64,000 nucleotides of DNA, taken from Bradyrhizobium sp. GTDB lineage: Bacteria; Pseudomonadota; Alphaproteobacteria; Rhizobiales; Xanthobacteraceae. The position numbers were made by a program, and so were the translations under genes. The stretch covers positions 583 through 64,582 of the forward strand of contig JBDTKZ010000012.1 of NCBI GenBank assembly GCA_039935075.1, read 5' to 3'. The notes under the pieces were generated by a model. That model was not told the DNA's origin, made no database searches, and saw nothing but the letters and a program-made list of their open reading frames with translations. This document shows positions 43,341-54,635 of the stretch, piece by piece (position 1 is the first letter of the stretch; every line of letters begins with the position of its first letter).

Positions 43341-44156
43341 TCAGTTCGGCGTGTTGAGCGAAGCCATCGGCACCTTGCCGGAGCCCGCGCGCGGATTGTC
43401 CTTGCGGCTCAGCATCTGCTTCAGATAGGCGACATTCGTTGCCGCCTGGTCCGGCGGCAAATCGGCCTTCACGATACTTTCGGCCTCGGCGAAGCGGCCC
43501 TGCAGGCCGACTACCAGACCCAAATTCTGTCGCACCCGTGCGTCGGCGCGGCCGCTGGCATAGGCCTTGCGGAGCGTCTCTTCCGCCTTCGGTAGATCCT
43601 TGGACAAAACATAAGACATGCCGAGGTTGGACAGCACCGACGGTTCGTCGGGCATAATCACGAGCGCGCTGGCGTAATAGCCGCGCGCTTCGTCATGACG
43701 GCCCAACTGATCGAGTACAGCTCCCTGTACCGAGAGGATTCGCCAGTCGGGATTGTCAGGCGTATGCGCGCGAGTCAGCACGTCGAACGCGGCCTGGAAA
43801 CTTCCGTTATCGGCAAGCGCCCGGCCGTAAGCGGCAAGCAGCGGCTTGTTGCCCGGATGGGTGATGGTGGCCTGTTCGAGCACGGCAGCGGCCTGCGCCC
43901 GCTGCCCGGTGACGCGGAGCGCCTGACCATAGGCTAATGCGGCGTCGGCATCCTTGGGATTGGCACGGTAGCGCTCGCCGTAGATTTCGGCCGTGTGCCG
44001 CGGATCGTCGGCGGTGGCATCAGGCCTTGATCTGATCGAGCCCGTGACGTCGGACATGGTCTGGCAGCCGCCGAGCCCTGCGGCCAACATCGCCGCCACG
44101 GCCGCGGAACCGAGAAGCCGCGCAAGAGACCGCGCTGGGCTGGAGTGCTGACGCAT
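43341..44156 (-). CDS. tadD: TPR lipoprotein TadD (pilotin)
   Basis: Lipobox LGGC; TPR repeats, SNLGMSY, RQNLGLVVGLQG. Confidence 0.88.
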   Translation of the reverse strand: MRQHSSPARSLARLLGSAAVAAMLAAGLGGCQTMSDVTGSIRSRPDATADDPRHTAEIYGERYRANPKDADAALAYGQALRVTGQRAQAAAVLEQATITHPGNKPLLAAYGRALADNGSFQAAFDVLTRAHTPDNPDWRILSVQGAVLDQLGRHDEARGYYASALVIMPDEPSVLSNLGMSYVLSKDLPKAEETLRKAYASGRADARVRQNLGLVVGLQGRFAEAESIVKADLPPDQAATNVAYLKQMLSRKDNPRAGSGKVPMASLNTPN

Positions 44157-44356
44157 GGCACTTAACTCACGATATCAGTCGGATTGATCGAGCCGAACGC
44201 GCCCAGCAATAAAGTGTTAACCCTAACGTTTGGTTAATGGCCCACCCGACCGCGAGCCCAAACCGGGGCGGATATGCTAGACGTTGGCCGGCTCGCTGAT
44301 CCCTCCGCGACATCGCGCGGTCGACCCTGCCCGTTTGAATGAAGACCGAGACCCAC

Positions 44357-45739
44357 ATGCATTCAGTATTCGAGACCGCACCCGCCGCTGCCGCGATCCC
44401 CATTGTTTTCGCGACCAAGGCGACATGGGACGCGATCCGCGAGGAGCTTCCGCCACCCGCGCGGCAGTTTGCCCTCGCCAATAATTTTACGGCAAAGCCT
44501 GGAAAGTGCCTGATCTTGCCCGCCGCCGACGGCCGGATTGCCCAGGTGATTTTCGGCCTTGAGGATGCGACCAGCAAATCCCGCGACCTGTTCCGGCCCG
44601 GATCGTTGCCGGGCCTGCTGCCGCCAGGCATCTATCGCTTCGCCAACGCCCCGCACGACACGCGCCTGGCGACGCTCGCCTTCGCGCTCGGAAGTTATCG
44701 GTTCAGCCGTTACCGCAAGAATGATGCGCCCGGTGCCCGGCTGGTGCCGCCCGATGGCGTCGACGTCGCCGACATCGCACGGATGGCAGAAGCGGCCACC
44801 CTCGCCCGCGATCTGATCAATACGCCGTCGAACGATATGGGACCGCAGGAACTGGCGCAGGCCGCACAGGATCTCGCCGACCGATTCGGCGCCAGTTTCA
44901 GCTGCATCATCGGCGACGATCTGCCGCGGCAGAACTTCCCGCTGATTCATGCGGTCGGCATGGCCTCAACGCGGGCGCCGCGCCTGATCGATTTCAGCTG
45001 GGGCGATCCCGCCCATCCTAAGGTCACGCTGGTCGGCAAGGGCGTCTGCTTCGACACCGGCGGGCTCGACCTGAAGCCTTCCAGCGGCATGTTGATCATG
45101 AAAAAGGACATGGGCGGTGCTGCCAATGTGCTGGCGTTGGCGTTGATGGTGATGGACGCCAAGCTGAAGGTACGGCTCCGGGTGCTGATCCCCGCGGTCG
45201 AGAACGCGGTCGCCGGCAATGCGTTTCGCCCGCTCGATATCTTCACATCGCGCAAGGGCCTGACGGTGGAAATCGGCAACACCGACGCCGAGGGCCGGCT
45301 GGTGCTGGCGGATGCGCTGGCGCTGGCGGATGAGGAAAAGCCGGATATGCTGATCGATCTGGGTACCCTGACGGGTGCAGCGCGTGTCGCGCTCGGGCCC
45401 GATTTACCGCCCTTTTACACCAATGATGAGACGCTGGCGCTTGATGTCGCAGCCCACGCGAAACAGGAGAACGATCCGTTGTGGCGATTGCCACTGTGGC
45501 AACCTTACGATTCCTGGCTCGATTCGAAGGTCGCCAGCATCAACAACGCGCCGTCGGGCGGGTTCGCCGGCTCCATCACCTGCGCCTTGTTCCTGCAGCG
45601 TTTCGTCGAGGCCGCCAAAAGCTGGCTGCATGTCGATATCTACGGCTGGACCCCGTCGGCCAAACCGGCGCGGCCCGAGGGCGGCGAATGCCAGGCCGCG
45701 CGCGCGATCTACAAAACTCTGAGCCAACGCTATGGATGA
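44357..45739 (+). CDS. M17 leucyl aminopeptidase family protein
   Basis: GKGVCFDTGG, MKKDMGG, NTDAEGRL. Confidence 0.95.
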   Translation: MHSVFETAPAAAAIPIVFATKATWDAIREELPPPARQFALANNFTAKPGKCLILPAADGRIAQVIFGLEDATSKSRDLFRPGSLPGLLPPGIYRFANAPHDTRLATLAFALGSYRFSRYRKNDAPGARLVPPDGVDVADIARMAEAATLARDLINTPSNDMGPQELAQAAQDLADRFGASFSCIIGDDLPRQNFPLIHAVGMASTRAPRLIDFSWGDPAHPKVTLVGKGVCFDTGGLDLKPSSGMLIMKKDMGGAANVLALALMVMDAKLKVRLRVLIPAVENAVAGNAFRPLDIFTSRKGLTVEIGNTDAEGRLVLADALALADEEKPDMLIDLGTLTGAARVALGPDLPPFYTNDETLALDVAAHAKQENDPLWRLPLWQPYDSWLDSKVASINNAPSGGFAGSITCALFLQRFVEAAKSWLHVDIYGWTPSAKPARPEGGECQAARAIYKTLSQRYG

Positions 45740-46574
45740 TCCACGCCTGACCCCGGCGCGGCCCGACCTCGCTGCGAAATATCTCGAAGGCAAGATCGAG
45801 GCGGCGCGTTTCGTGACGGGTGAGACGTTCGAGATATCGGACCCGATCGCGCCGCTGCTCGATGCACCGTTCTCCGGCGCCACGCTGCTGACGCAGGCGC
45901 TAAAGGGCGAACGCGCGACGATCTATGATCGTACCAGCGAAGGCTGGGCCTGGGGTCAACTCGACAGTGACGGCTATGTCGGTTGGCTCGCCGATCGGGC
46001 GCTGTCAAAGCCCGGCCCTGCACCGACCCACAAGATCACCGCGATCAGGACGTTCACGTTTCCGGGGCCCTCGATCAAGCTGCCCCCGACCGATGCGCTG
46101 GTGATGGGAACCCCGCTCGCGATCGTGCGCGAACAGGGCCCGTTCGCGGTGACGCATGACGGCCTTTATCTGCCACGTCTGCATGTCGGCCCGATCAACC
46201 AGCACGAAACCGATTTCGTCGCGATCGCCGAGCGGTTCGTCGGCACACCCTATTTGTGGGGCGGCAAGAGCAGCCTCGGAATCGATTGTTCCGGCCTGGT
46301 GCAGATATCGTTGAATGCCGCAGGCACCGGCTGCCCACGCGACAGCGACATGCAGCAGGACAGTCTCGGCCGGACGCTGGATCCGGCGGAGTCGAAAAAT
46401 CCGCGGCGCGGCGATCTGATTTTCTGGAAGGGCCATGTCGCGATCGTGCGCGATGCCGACAGCATCGTTCACGCCAATGCGCATCACATGGCGACCGCGA
46501 TTGAAAACACCCGCAGCGCCATCGCGCGTATCAAGGCAGCCGGCAGTGAGGTTACGTCCATCAAGCGGTTGTAG
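45732..46574 (+). CDS. SH3 + NlpC/P60 (C40) peptidase
   Basis: GYVGW, PYLWGG...GIDCSGL, GHVAI, VHA. Confidence 0.93.
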   Translation: MDDPRLTPARPDLAAKYLEGKIEAARFVTGETFEISDPIAPLLDAPFSGATLLTQALKGERATIYDRTSEGWAWGQLDSDGYVGWLADRALSKPGPAPTHKITAIRTFTFPGPSIKLPPTDALVMGTPLAIVREQGPFAVTHDGLYLPRLHVGPINQHETDFVAIAERFVGTPYLWGGKSSLGIDCSGLVQISLNAAGTGCPRDSDMQQDSLGRTLDPAESKNPRRGDLIFWKGHVAIVRDADSIVHANAHHMATAIENTRSAIARIKAAGSEVTSIKRL

Positions 46575-46602
46575 TTAGGCAACCTCTGTCGAGGCCAAGC
46601 TC

Positions 46603-46693
46603 CATCCTTCGAGACGCGCGCAAGCGCGCTCCTCAGGATGAGGTCCCCTCATGGTAAGGAGCCGCGCATCTCGCGCGGCGTCTCGAACCATGA
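46603..46693. repeat. Two REP units (TGAGG/TCGAA family) in tag-to-tag orientation
   Basis: CATCCTTCGAGACGCGCG..CTCCTCAGGATGAGG then CCTCATGGTAAGGAG..CGTCTCGAACCATG; between convergent genes. Confidence 0.75.
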
Positions 46694-46705
46694 AGTGATA
46701 TCCGC

Positions 46706-48343
46706 CTAATCCGCCACCGCGTCGCCCGGCGCCGCTTCCAGCCGGAACGCGGCGGCGAACAACGCACGGGTGTAGTCGCTCTTCGGATTCTTGAACAAAT
46801 CGGCCGCGGCGCCTTCCTCCACCACCTTGCCGTGACGCATCACGATCAGATGGCTGGCCAGCGAGGCCACCACGCGCAAATCATGCGAGATGAACAGGTA
46901 GGTCAGGTCGCGCCTGCGCTGCAATTCGCGCAACAGATCGACCATCTGGGCCTGCAGCAGCATATCGAGCGCGCTGGTCGGCTCGTCCATCACGATGAAG
47001 TCCGGCTCCAGTACCAGCGCCCGCGCGATACTGATGCGCTGACGCTGGCCGCCGGAAAATTCGTGCGGGTAGCGAAACCGGGTTGCCGGATCGAGTTCGA
47101 CATCCTTCAGCGCCTTGATCACCTGCGTTTCGCGCTCGGCTTGCGACAGCCCGCGTTGATGCACGGTCAGCCCTTCGGCGATAATGTCGCCGACGGACAT
47201 TCGCGGGCTCAGCGCGCCGAACGGATCCTGGAATACGATCTGCATATCGCGGCGGATCGGCCGCATCTCCTTGAAGCGCAGGCCCTGAATGTCCTTGCCC
47301 AGGAATACGATCGGTCCGTTGGACGAGATCAACCGCAGCAACGCCAGGCCCAGCGTGGTCTTGCCGGAGCCGGATTCACCGACGACGCCGAGCGTTTCAC
47401 CCTTGCGCACCGTGAGACTGACGCCATCGACGGCCTTGATGTGTCCGACCGTCTTGCGGAGCAAGCCGCGCTTGATCGGAAACCAGACCTTCAAATCATC
47501 CGCCGACATCACCACCGGCGACCCCGGCCGTGGCGGCGCCGGGTCAGGCTTCGGTTCAGCTGCGAGCAAGGCGCGGGTGTAGGGATGCCGCGGAGCGGTG
47601 AAGACCTGCTCGACCGGTCCCTGCTCGACGATCTTGCCGTTGTTCATGACGCAGACGACGTCGGCGATGCGGCGCACGATGCCGAGATCATGGGTGATGA
47701 ACAACAGGCTCATGCCAAGCCGGGCGCGGATTTCGGCCAACAGCGTCAGGATTTGAGCCTGCACGGTGACGTCGAGCGCGGTGGTCGGCTCGTCGGCGAT
47801 CAACAGATCCGGCTCGTTGGCAAGCGCCATCGCGATCATGACCCGCTGCCGCTGGCCGCCGGATAATTGATGCGGATAGCTCGCCAGCCGTGTTTCCGGT
47901 TCGGGAATACCGACCTGGGTCAGCAATTCGAGCGTGCGTGCCCGCGCCATCGGGCCGCGGATGCCGCTGTGCAGCTGCAGGATCTCGCTGATCTGGGCCT
48001 CGATCGTATGCAGCGGATTGAGCGACGTCATCGGCTCCTGGAAGATGATCGAGATGTCATTGCCGCGAATGCTGCGGATCTCGTTCTCCGAAAGCGTGAG
48101 CAGTTCGCGTCCCTTGAAGTGGATGCTGCCGGTCGGATGCGACGCGGTCGGGTAGGGTAACAGCTTGAGCACCGACAACGCGCTGACCGATTTGCCGGAA
48201 CCGGATTCGCCGACCAGCGCCACGCATTCGCCGCGCTTGATCTCGAAGCTGATGCGATCGACGGCCAATGAGGTGCCGCTCGGCTGGTGAAACGCCACCG
48301 ACAGATCGCGGACGTGAAGCAGGGGCTGGTTGATGGCGTCCAT
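46706..48343 (-). CDS. yejF: ABC transporter dual ATPase YejF
   Basis: Two GESGSGK Walker A motifs, two SGGQRQR signatures. Confidence 0.88.
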   Translation of the reverse strand: MDAINQPLLHVRDLSVAFHQPSGTSLAVDRISFEIKRGECVALVGESGSGKSVSALSVLKLLPYPTASHPTGSIHFKGRELLTLSENEIRSIRGNDISIIFQEPMTSLNPLHTIEAQISEILQLHSGIRGPMARARTLELLTQVGIPEPETRLASYPHQLSGGQRQRVMIAMALANEPDLLIADEPTTALDVTVQAQILTLLAEIRARLGMSLLFITHDLGIVRRIADVVCVMNNGKIVEQGPVEQVFTAPRHPYTRALLAAEPKPDPAPPRPGSPVVMSADDLKVWFPIKRGLLRKTVGHIKAVDGVSLTVRKGETLGVVGESGSGKTTLGLALLRLISSNGPIVFLGKDIQGLRFKEMRPIRRDMQIVFQDPFGALSPRMSVGDIIAEGLTVHQRGLSQAERETQVIKALKDVELDPATRFRYPHEFSGGQRQRISIARALVLEPDFIVMDEPTSALDMLLQAQMVDLLRELQRRRDLTYLFISHDLRVVASLASHLIVMRHGKVVEEGAAADLFKNPKSDYTRALFAAAFRLEAAPGDAVAD

Positions 48344-48352
48344 GCGCGGTCC

Positions 48353-49531
48353 TTACCGGAACGTCTTGCGCGGATCGAACGCGTCGCGCGTCGCTTCGCC
48401 GATGAAAATCAGCAGCGACAGCATGATCGCAACCGCGAAAAAGCCAGTGAAGCCCAGCCACGGCGCCTGCACATTGGCCTTGGCCTGCGACAGCATCTCA
48501 CCGAGCGAGGCCGATCCCGGCGGCAGCCCGAAGCCGAGGAAGTCGAGTGCGGTCAGCGTCATCACCGACGACGAGACGATGAACGGCAGGAAGGTCATGG
48601 TCGCCACCATCGCGTTCGGCAACAAATGTCGGAACATGATCTTGGCGTTGGAGACGCCGAGCGCCCGTGCGGCCTGGATGTATTCGAAGTTCCGGCCGCG
48701 CAGGAACTCGGCGCGCACCAGGCCCACCAGCGTGGTCCATGAGAACAGCAACATGATGCCGAGCAGCACGAAGAAGCCAGGCGGCAGCACCGCCGATATG
48801 ATCAACAGCAGATACAGATAGGGAATGGCATTCCAGATTTCGATGAACCGCTGAAACATCAGGTCGATCCAGCCGCCGAAATAGCCCTGCACGCCGCCCG
48901 CGGCGATGCCCAGGATCGAGGAGAAGATGCTTAAGGTCAGACCGAACAATACCGAGACACGAAAGCCGTAGATCAGCCGCGCGACCACATCGCGGCCCTG
49001 ATCGTCGGTGCCGAGCCAGTTATATTCGAGGTCCCGGCAACTCTTAAGGCCCTTCTTCTGCACCACGTCCTTGCACTCTGCCTCCGTGAGCATCCAGGTT
49101 GGCTTCGACGGCGCGGGGGTCGGCAGATCGAGATTGTGCGTATCGTAGGAGTAGCGGATCACCGGCCAGACGATGCTGCCGCCTTTGGCCGCGATCTGCT
49201 TTTGCAAATAGGGATCGCGATAGTCCGCGGCGGTCTGGAAATCGCCACCGAACGTGGTCTCGGGATAGGTGACGAAGGCCGTAAAATACAAATGGCCGTC
49301 ATATTTCACCAGAAACGGACGGTCATTGGCGATCAGCTCGGCGAACAGTGAAACAAAAAACAGGATCAGGAATATCCAGAGCGACCAATAACCGCGACGG
49401 TTCGACTTGAAGTTTTGCCAGCGGCGGCGGTTGAGCGGCGACAGGCTGAAGCGATGTCGCGTGATCGGCACGGCTTCGCCGAACGGCGTTTGGGTGGAGG
49501 TTTCGACCGGCGGCGGGGCGATGAGGGTCAT
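48353..49531 (-). CDS. yejE: ABC permease YejE
   Basis: NRRGYWSLWIF, LGTDDQGRDV, RAEFLRGR. Confidence 0.9.
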   Translation of the reverse strand: MTLIAPPPVETSTQTPFGEAVPITRHRFSLSPLNRRRWQNFKSNRRGYWSLWIFLILFFVSLFAELIANDRPFLVKYDGHLYFTAFVTYPETTFGGDFQTAADYRDPYLQKQIAAKGGSIVWPVIRYSYDTHNLDLPTPAPSKPTWMLTEAECKDVVQKKGLKSCRDLEYNWLGTDDQGRDVVARLIYGFRVSVLFGLTLSIFSSILGIAAGGVQGYFGGWIDLMFQRFIEIWNAIPYLYLLLIISAVLPPGFFVLLGIMLLFSWTTLVGLVRAEFLRGRNFEYIQAARALGVSNAKIMFRHLLPNAMVATMTFLPFIVSSSVMTLTALDFLGFGLPPGSASLGEMLSQAKANVQAPWLGFTGFFAVAIMLSLLIFIGEATRDAFDPRKTFR

Positions 49532-50637
49532 CAGACTTCCCGCACGTCGAAATCGATCCGCGGATCGATCCACATATAGGCGAGGTCGGAGATCAGATTG
49601 ACCACCAGACCGACCAGCGAAAAGATGAACAGCGTTCCGAACACCACCGGATAGTCGCGATTGAGCACGCTTTCAAAGCCGAGCAGGCCGAGACCATCCA
49701 GCGAAAAGATCGTCTCGATCAGCAGCGAGCCGGAAAAGAAGGCGTGAATGAAGGCGCCGGGGAAACCGGCGATCACGATCAGCATCGCGTTGCGGAAGAC
49801 GTGATTGTAAAGTACCTGGCGCTCGTTGCAGCCCTTGGCGCGCGCGGTCATGACATACTGCTTGCGGATCTCATCGAGGAACGAATTCTTGGTCAGCAGC
49901 GTCATGGTGGCGAAAGCGCCAAGCCCCATGGCGATCAGCGGCAGCGTGATGTGCCAGAAATAATCCAGAATCTTCCAGTACCAGGGGAATTGCGACCAGC
50001 CATCCGACGTCAAGCCGCGCAGCGGGAATATATTGAAGAACGACCCGCCCGCGAACAGGATGATCAACAGGATCGCGAACAGGAATCCCGGGATCGCAAA
50101 TCCGACAATGATGATGGCGGATGTCCAGGTGTCGAATTTCGAGCCGTCCTTCACCGCCTTGCGAATGCCGAGCGGGATCGAGATCAGGTAGGTCAGCAGC
50201 GTCATCCATAGACCCAGCGAGATCGAGACCGGCAGCTTCTCCTTGATCAGCTGCAGCACGCTGACATCGCGGAAATAGCTCTTGCCGAAATCGAAACGCG
50301 CGAAATTCCATACCATCAGCGCAAAGCGCTCCGGCGCCGGCTTGTCGAAGCCGAACTGCTTTTCGAGGCTCTTGATGAAATCAGGGTCAAGCCCTTGCGC
50401 GCCGCGGTACTTCGAGCTGCCGCCGCCGGAAATATTGCCGGGCTGGGCACGCGCGCCGAAATCACCACCGCCGCCCGAAACCCGCGACGTGCCGCCGGTG
50501 TCGGCGCCGCTGAGCTGGGCGATCACGCGTTCCACCGGACCGCCCGGGGCGAATTGCACCACCACGAACGAGACGAACAGTATCCCGAGCAAGGTCGGGA
50601 TCATCAGAAGGAGGCGGCGGGCGATGTAGGCGCTCAT
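49531..50637 (-). CDS. yejB: ABC permease YejB
   Basis: [30 protein letters not shown]. Confidence 0.92.
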   Translation of the reverse strand: MSAYIARRLLLMIPTLLGILFVSFVVVQFAPGGPVERVIAQLSGADTGGTSRVSGGGGDFGARAQPGNISGGGSSKYRGAQGLDPDFIKSLEKQFGFDKPAPERFALMVWNFARFDFGKSYFRDVSVLQLIKEKLPVSISLGLWMTLLTYLISIPLGIRKAVKDGSKFDTWTSAIIIVGFAIPGFLFAILLIILFAGGSFFNIFPLRGLTSDGWSQFPWYWKILDYFWHITLPLIAMGLGAFATMTLLTKNSFLDEIRKQYVMTARAKGCNERQVLYNHVFRNAMLIVIAGFPGAFIHAFFSGSLLIETIFSLDGLGLLGFESVLNRDYPVVFGTLFIFSLVGLVVNLISDLAYMWIDPRIDFDVREV

Positions 50638-50640
50638 GAA

Positions 50641-52506
50641 TTACTTTGCCTGCTCGGATTTGGCGATTTTGGCGGCGTCGTACCACCAATTTTCCGGCGC
50701 ACCGACGCCCTGCGCGTATTTCGCAGGCTTTTCCGGATGGCTGAACACATCCCAATAGGCAACCGGGTGCGTCGCACGGAACCATTGCGGCACCCAATAG
50801 CGGCCGGCGCGGAACACCCGGTCGAGCGCAAGACATGCATGCGTCAGATCCGCCCGCGTTTCAGCGCCGATGGCCTTTTCGATCAGCGTGTCGATCGCCG
50901 GATTGGCAATGCCAGCCAGATTATACGACCCCTTGGTAGCCGCCGCCTGCGATGAAAAATACGGCCGCAGGCTGTCGCCCGGTGTCGCCGACATGCTCAT
51001 GCGCTGGATCGTCACTTCAAAATCGAACGCCTCGACACGCGCGCGGTACTGCACGGCGTCGATCAATCGGATGCCGGCGTCGATCCCGATCTGGCCGAGA
51101 TTCTTGATGAAGGTGGCGTGATGCGGCTGAAATGACGGCTCATCGATCAGGAATTCGACCTTGAAAGCCTCGCCGTTCGGCAATAGCCGTTTGCCGTCCT
51201 TAACGACGCATCCGGCATCGTTGAGCAGTTGCACCGCCTTGCGCAACAACGCACGGTCCTGACCCGAGCCGTCCGAAACCGGTGGGACATAGGGCTCGCC
51301 AAATACTTCGTCGGGGACCTGGCCGCGAAATGGCTCAAGTAACTTCAACTCGTCCGGAGACGGCGGGCCGACGGCGACCATGTCGGAATTCTGAAATGGC
51401 GAACAGGTGCGCGCATAGGCGCTGTACATCACCGTCTTGTTGGTCCATTCGAAATCGAACGCATTGCCGAATGCTTCGCGTACTCTGGGGTCCTTGAATT
51501 TGTCGAGACGGGTGTTGAACATCCACCCTTGACCGCCGGAAGGCGTTTCATCCGGCAGGGTCTCGCGCTTGACGCGGCCGTCCTTGACCGCCGCGAAATC
51601 ATAGCGGGTCGCCCAGATACGCGCGGTGAACTCTTCGCGGAACAGATAATTCCTGCCGGTAAAGCCCTCGAACGCGACATCGCGGTCGCGATAGAACTCA
51701 TAACGTACGGTGTCGAAATTATAACTGCCGCGGTTGACGGGAAGATCGGCGGCCCACCAGTCCTTGACCCGCTCATATTCGATGTAGCGGTTGACCTCGA
51801 ATTTACCGACTTTATAAGGCCCCGAGCCCAGCGGCGTATCGAGCGTCGACTCATCGAATGGCCGCGTCGCAGAATGGGCTTTGGAGAAGATCGGAAGACC
51901 CGCGACATAGAGCGGCACGTCGCGGGCGCGTTTTTCCGCAAAGGTGACCACAACCGTCGCATCGTCAGGTGCCTCGGCCTTCAGCATGTCGCGCAACTGG
52001 ACCACGATCAGCGGATGACCTTTTTCCTTCAGAGCTGTCAGCGAGAACGCGACATCCTGCGCGGTCAGCTTCGAGCCATCGTGAAACCGGGCCTCGGGCC
52101 GCATGCTGAAACGGTAAACCAGTTTGTCCGGCGATATCTGCACCGACTTCGCCGCAAGGCCGTACATCGCGTCGGGCTCGTCATTCGCGCGCGCCATCAG
52201 CGGCACGAAGGTCATATCCATGCCCTGCGCGCCCTCCCCCTTGAGGATGTAGGCGTTGAGCGAATTGAAGGTAAAAAACGATTGGTTGTAAGCGCGAGCG
52301 GAAGGTATCAACGAAAACAACCCGCCCTTTGGCGCTGATGTATTCACATAGTCGAAATGCGGGAAATCGGCCGGATATTTCAGATCTCCAAATACCGAGA
52401 TGCCGTGAAGGTCGGCACCCGTGTCGGCCACTGAGGGCCGAAAATGCGCGGCGCTCAGCAGCCCTGCGCCGAGACCGAGCACACCCCGGCGCGAGAGCTG
52501 CAGCAT
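50641..52506 (-). CDS. yejA: YejA-like extracellular solute-binding protein (copy 2)
   Basis: Tat-like SRRGVL; GDLKYPADF.HFDYVN..APKGG, PLGSGPY. Confidence 0.85.
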   Translation of the reverse strand: MLQLSRRGVLGLGAGLLSAAHFRPSVADTGADLHGISVFGDLKYPADFPHFDYVNTSAPKGGLFSLIPSARAYNQSFFTFNSLNAYILKGEGAQGMDMTFVPLMARANDEPDAMYGLAAKSVQISPDKLVYRFSMRPEARFHDGSKLTAQDVAFSLTALKEKGHPLIVVQLRDMLKAEAPDDATVVVTFAEKRARDVPLYVAGLPIFSKAHSATRPFDESTLDTPLGSGPYKVGKFEVNRYIEYERVKDWWAADLPVNRGSYNFDTVRYEFYRDRDVAFEGFTGRNYLFREEFTARIWATRYDFAAVKDGRVKRETLPDETPSGGQGWMFNTRLDKFKDPRVREAFGNAFDFEWTNKTVMYSAYARTCSPFQNSDMVAVGPPSPDELKLLEPFRGQVPDEVFGEPYVPPVSDGSGQDRALLRKAVQLLNDAGCVVKDGKRLLPNGEAFKVEFLIDEPSFQPHHATFIKNLGQIGIDAGIRLIDAVQYRARVEAFDFEVTIQRMSMSATPGDSLRPYFSSQAAATKGSYNLAGIANPAIDTLIEKAIGAETRADLTHACLALDRVFRAGRYWVPQWFRATHPVAYWDVFSHPEKPAKYAQGVGAPENWWYDAAKIAKSEQAK

Positions 52507-52520
52507 TCGCGGGAAATCCC

Positions 52521-54419
52521 TCAAGATCGCTTCCCTATCTTGGCGGCCTTGTCCGCATCGAACCACCACAAGGACGGCAGTCCAGAGCTACCGTATTTCG
52601 GCAGCGGCTCGGCGTGGCTGAACCGGTCCCACATGGCGTAGCGCGAAAACGGATAGGTATATTGCGGAACGACGTAGAAATTCCAAAGCAGCACGCGATC
52701 AAGCGCTTTTGTCGCGGCGACCAGGTTGCTCCGATCGGTCGCGAAGATGATCTTGTCGATCAGCACATCGACGGCGGGATTTTTGATGCCGACGGCGTTT
52801 CGCGAACCCGGCAGGTCCGCGGACTGCGATCCCCAATATTCGCGCTGCTCGTTGCCGGGAGACAGTGATTCTCCCCACGTATCAAAAATCACGTCGAAAT
52901 CGAAGCTGCGCAGCCGGTTCTGATATTGCGCGTCATCCACGATGCGAATCGACGTAGCGACACCGATGCGTTCAAGCGACGGTTTGTAGAACAGTGCGAT
53001 ACGCTCGTAAGCCGGCTCCTGAACCAGGATCTCGACAGTGATCGGCTTGCCTGCCGCGTCGACAAGCTTGCCGTCCTGTATCGCATAATTCGCTTCTTTC
53101 AAGAGTCGCATCGCCTCGCGCAAATTCGCGCGAACGGCTTCCGGATTGCCGCCGACCGGATTGGTATAAGGGGTGGTAAAAACTTCCGGCGGCACCTTGT
53201 CGCGCAAGGTCTCCAGAATTTGCAACTCCGCACCTTCCGGAAGTCCCGAGCAGGCAAGCTCGGTACCGAAGAAATAGCTGTTGACGCGCTTGTACTGCCC
53301 ATAGAACAGCTGCTTGTTCATTTCCTCGAAATCATATGCGAGATTGAAGGCGCGGCGCAGGCGCGCGTCCTTGAACTGGTCGCGACGCAGGTTGAGCGCG
53401 AACGCCTGCATCCGCCCAGAGTTGTTGATCGGAAACTCTCGCTTCACCACGCGATTTTCGGCAACGGCCGGAAAATCATAGGCGGTGGCCCATTGCTTGG
53501 CTGAATTCTCGGCAATCCAGTCCGCTTGATCGGCCTTTAGCGCCTCGAGCGCGACCGTGCTATCGCGGTAGAATTCGAAGCGCATTTCGTCGAAATTGTT
53601 CTGGCCCACCTGGGTCGGCGAGTTCGCGCCCCAATAGTCCTTGACCCGCTCCAGTCTGATCGAGCGTCCCGCCACGAATTCCTTGATCCGATAGGGGCCC
53701 GACCCCAACGGCGGTTCGAGTGTGGTGGCCGAGATATCGCGTTTATTCCCGTTGGCGTCGACACCTTCCCAATAGTGTTTGGGCAACACCACCAGCTCGC
53801 CGACGATGGTCGGCAGCTCGCGGTTGCCGGGCACATCGAACGTAAATTTGACATCGCGGTCGCCGGACTTTTCGGCTTTGACGACGTGACGATAATACGA
53901 TGAGTAGAACGGGCTATTTTTCTTGAGCGCCTCGAGCGAGAAAATCACATCATCCGCCGTCACCGGCTTACCGTCGTGCCAGCGCGCCTCCTGGCGAAGG
54001 CGATAGGTGACCCAGCTGAAGTCATCAGGGTGGGCGGCAACCTCCGCCAGCAGGCCATATTCGGTGGTGATCTCGTCCATCGACTGCATCATCAGGGTTT
54101 CATTGATCAGCAATGCGGCTGGCGCGATCGCGCCCTTCACACCACTCACCGCGATATTGAAATTATCGAACGTGCCGATCGATATCTGACGGGACACACC
54201 GCCCTTGGGCGCATCCCGATTGACGTAATCGAAGCGCTTGAAGTCGGCGGGATATTTGATGTCGCCGAACAACGACAGCGCATGCCGCCAGATCGGCTCG
54301 CCGGTCGCCGCCTGTGCATGGGCGTCGCCGATGGCAGAAACGCCGGTCGCCACCCCGGCCGTCGGAGCGATCGCGGCTAACGCGCCGGTTTGCAGAAGAT
54401 ATCGCCGGGTGATTGCCAA
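52521..54419 (-). CDS. yejA: YejA-like extracellular solute-binding protein (copy 1)
   Basis: TTG start, TRRYLL Tat motif; KYPADF..FDYVN..APKGG, SLSPGNEQR. Confidence 0.85.
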   Translation of the reverse strand: MAITRRYLLQTGALAAIAPTAGVATGVSAIGDAHAQAATGEPIWRHALSLFGDIKYPADFKRFDYVNRDAPKGGVSRQISIGTFDNFNIAVSGVKGAIAPAALLINETLMMQSMDEITTEYGLLAEVAAHPDDFSWVTYRLRQEARWHDGKPVTADDVIFSLEALKKNSPFYSSYYRHVVKAEKSGDRDVKFTFDVPGNRELPTIVGELVVLPKHYWEGVDANGNKRDISATTLEPPLGSGPYRIKEFVAGRSIRLERVKDYWGANSPTQVGQNNFDEMRFEFYRDSTVALEALKADQADWIAENSAKQWATAYDFPAVAENRVVKREFPINNSGRMQAFALNLRRDQFKDARLRRAFNLAYDFEEMNKQLFYGQYKRVNSYFFGTELACSGLPEGAELQILETLRDKVPPEVFTTPYTNPVGGNPEAVRANLREAMRLLKEANYAIQDGKLVDAAGKPITVEILVQEPAYERIALFYKPSLERIGVATSIRIVDDAQYQNRLRSFDFDVIFDTWGESLSPGNEQREYWGSQSADLPGSRNAVGIKNPAVDVLIDKIIFATDRSNLVAATKALDRVLLWNFYVVPQYTYPFSRYAMWDRFSHAEPLPKYGSSGLPSLWWFDADKAAKIGKRS

Positions 54420-54572
54420 ATGAGGAATTCCTGTTGGATTCGATGCGTTATTGAGAGCGCAATATAAGGCAACGGTTCGACCGAATATGTTGCTTTTTGC
54501 TCATGAAAGCACCCCGGCGCGGGGCCTGCTGCGGCGAAACGTCCCGATAACAAAGCCGCGAGCCCGCAGACG

Positions 54573-54599
54573 AAAACGGCCGGGCAGAGCCCGGCCGTT
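54573..54599 (-). terminator. Terminator after cycM
   Basis: AACGGCCGGGC-AGA-GCCCGGCCGTT with a minus-strand T run. Confidence 0.75.
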
Positions 54600-54635
54600 C
54601 GATCGCGTAAAAGTCCATGTGGAGATGTCGGCGCG

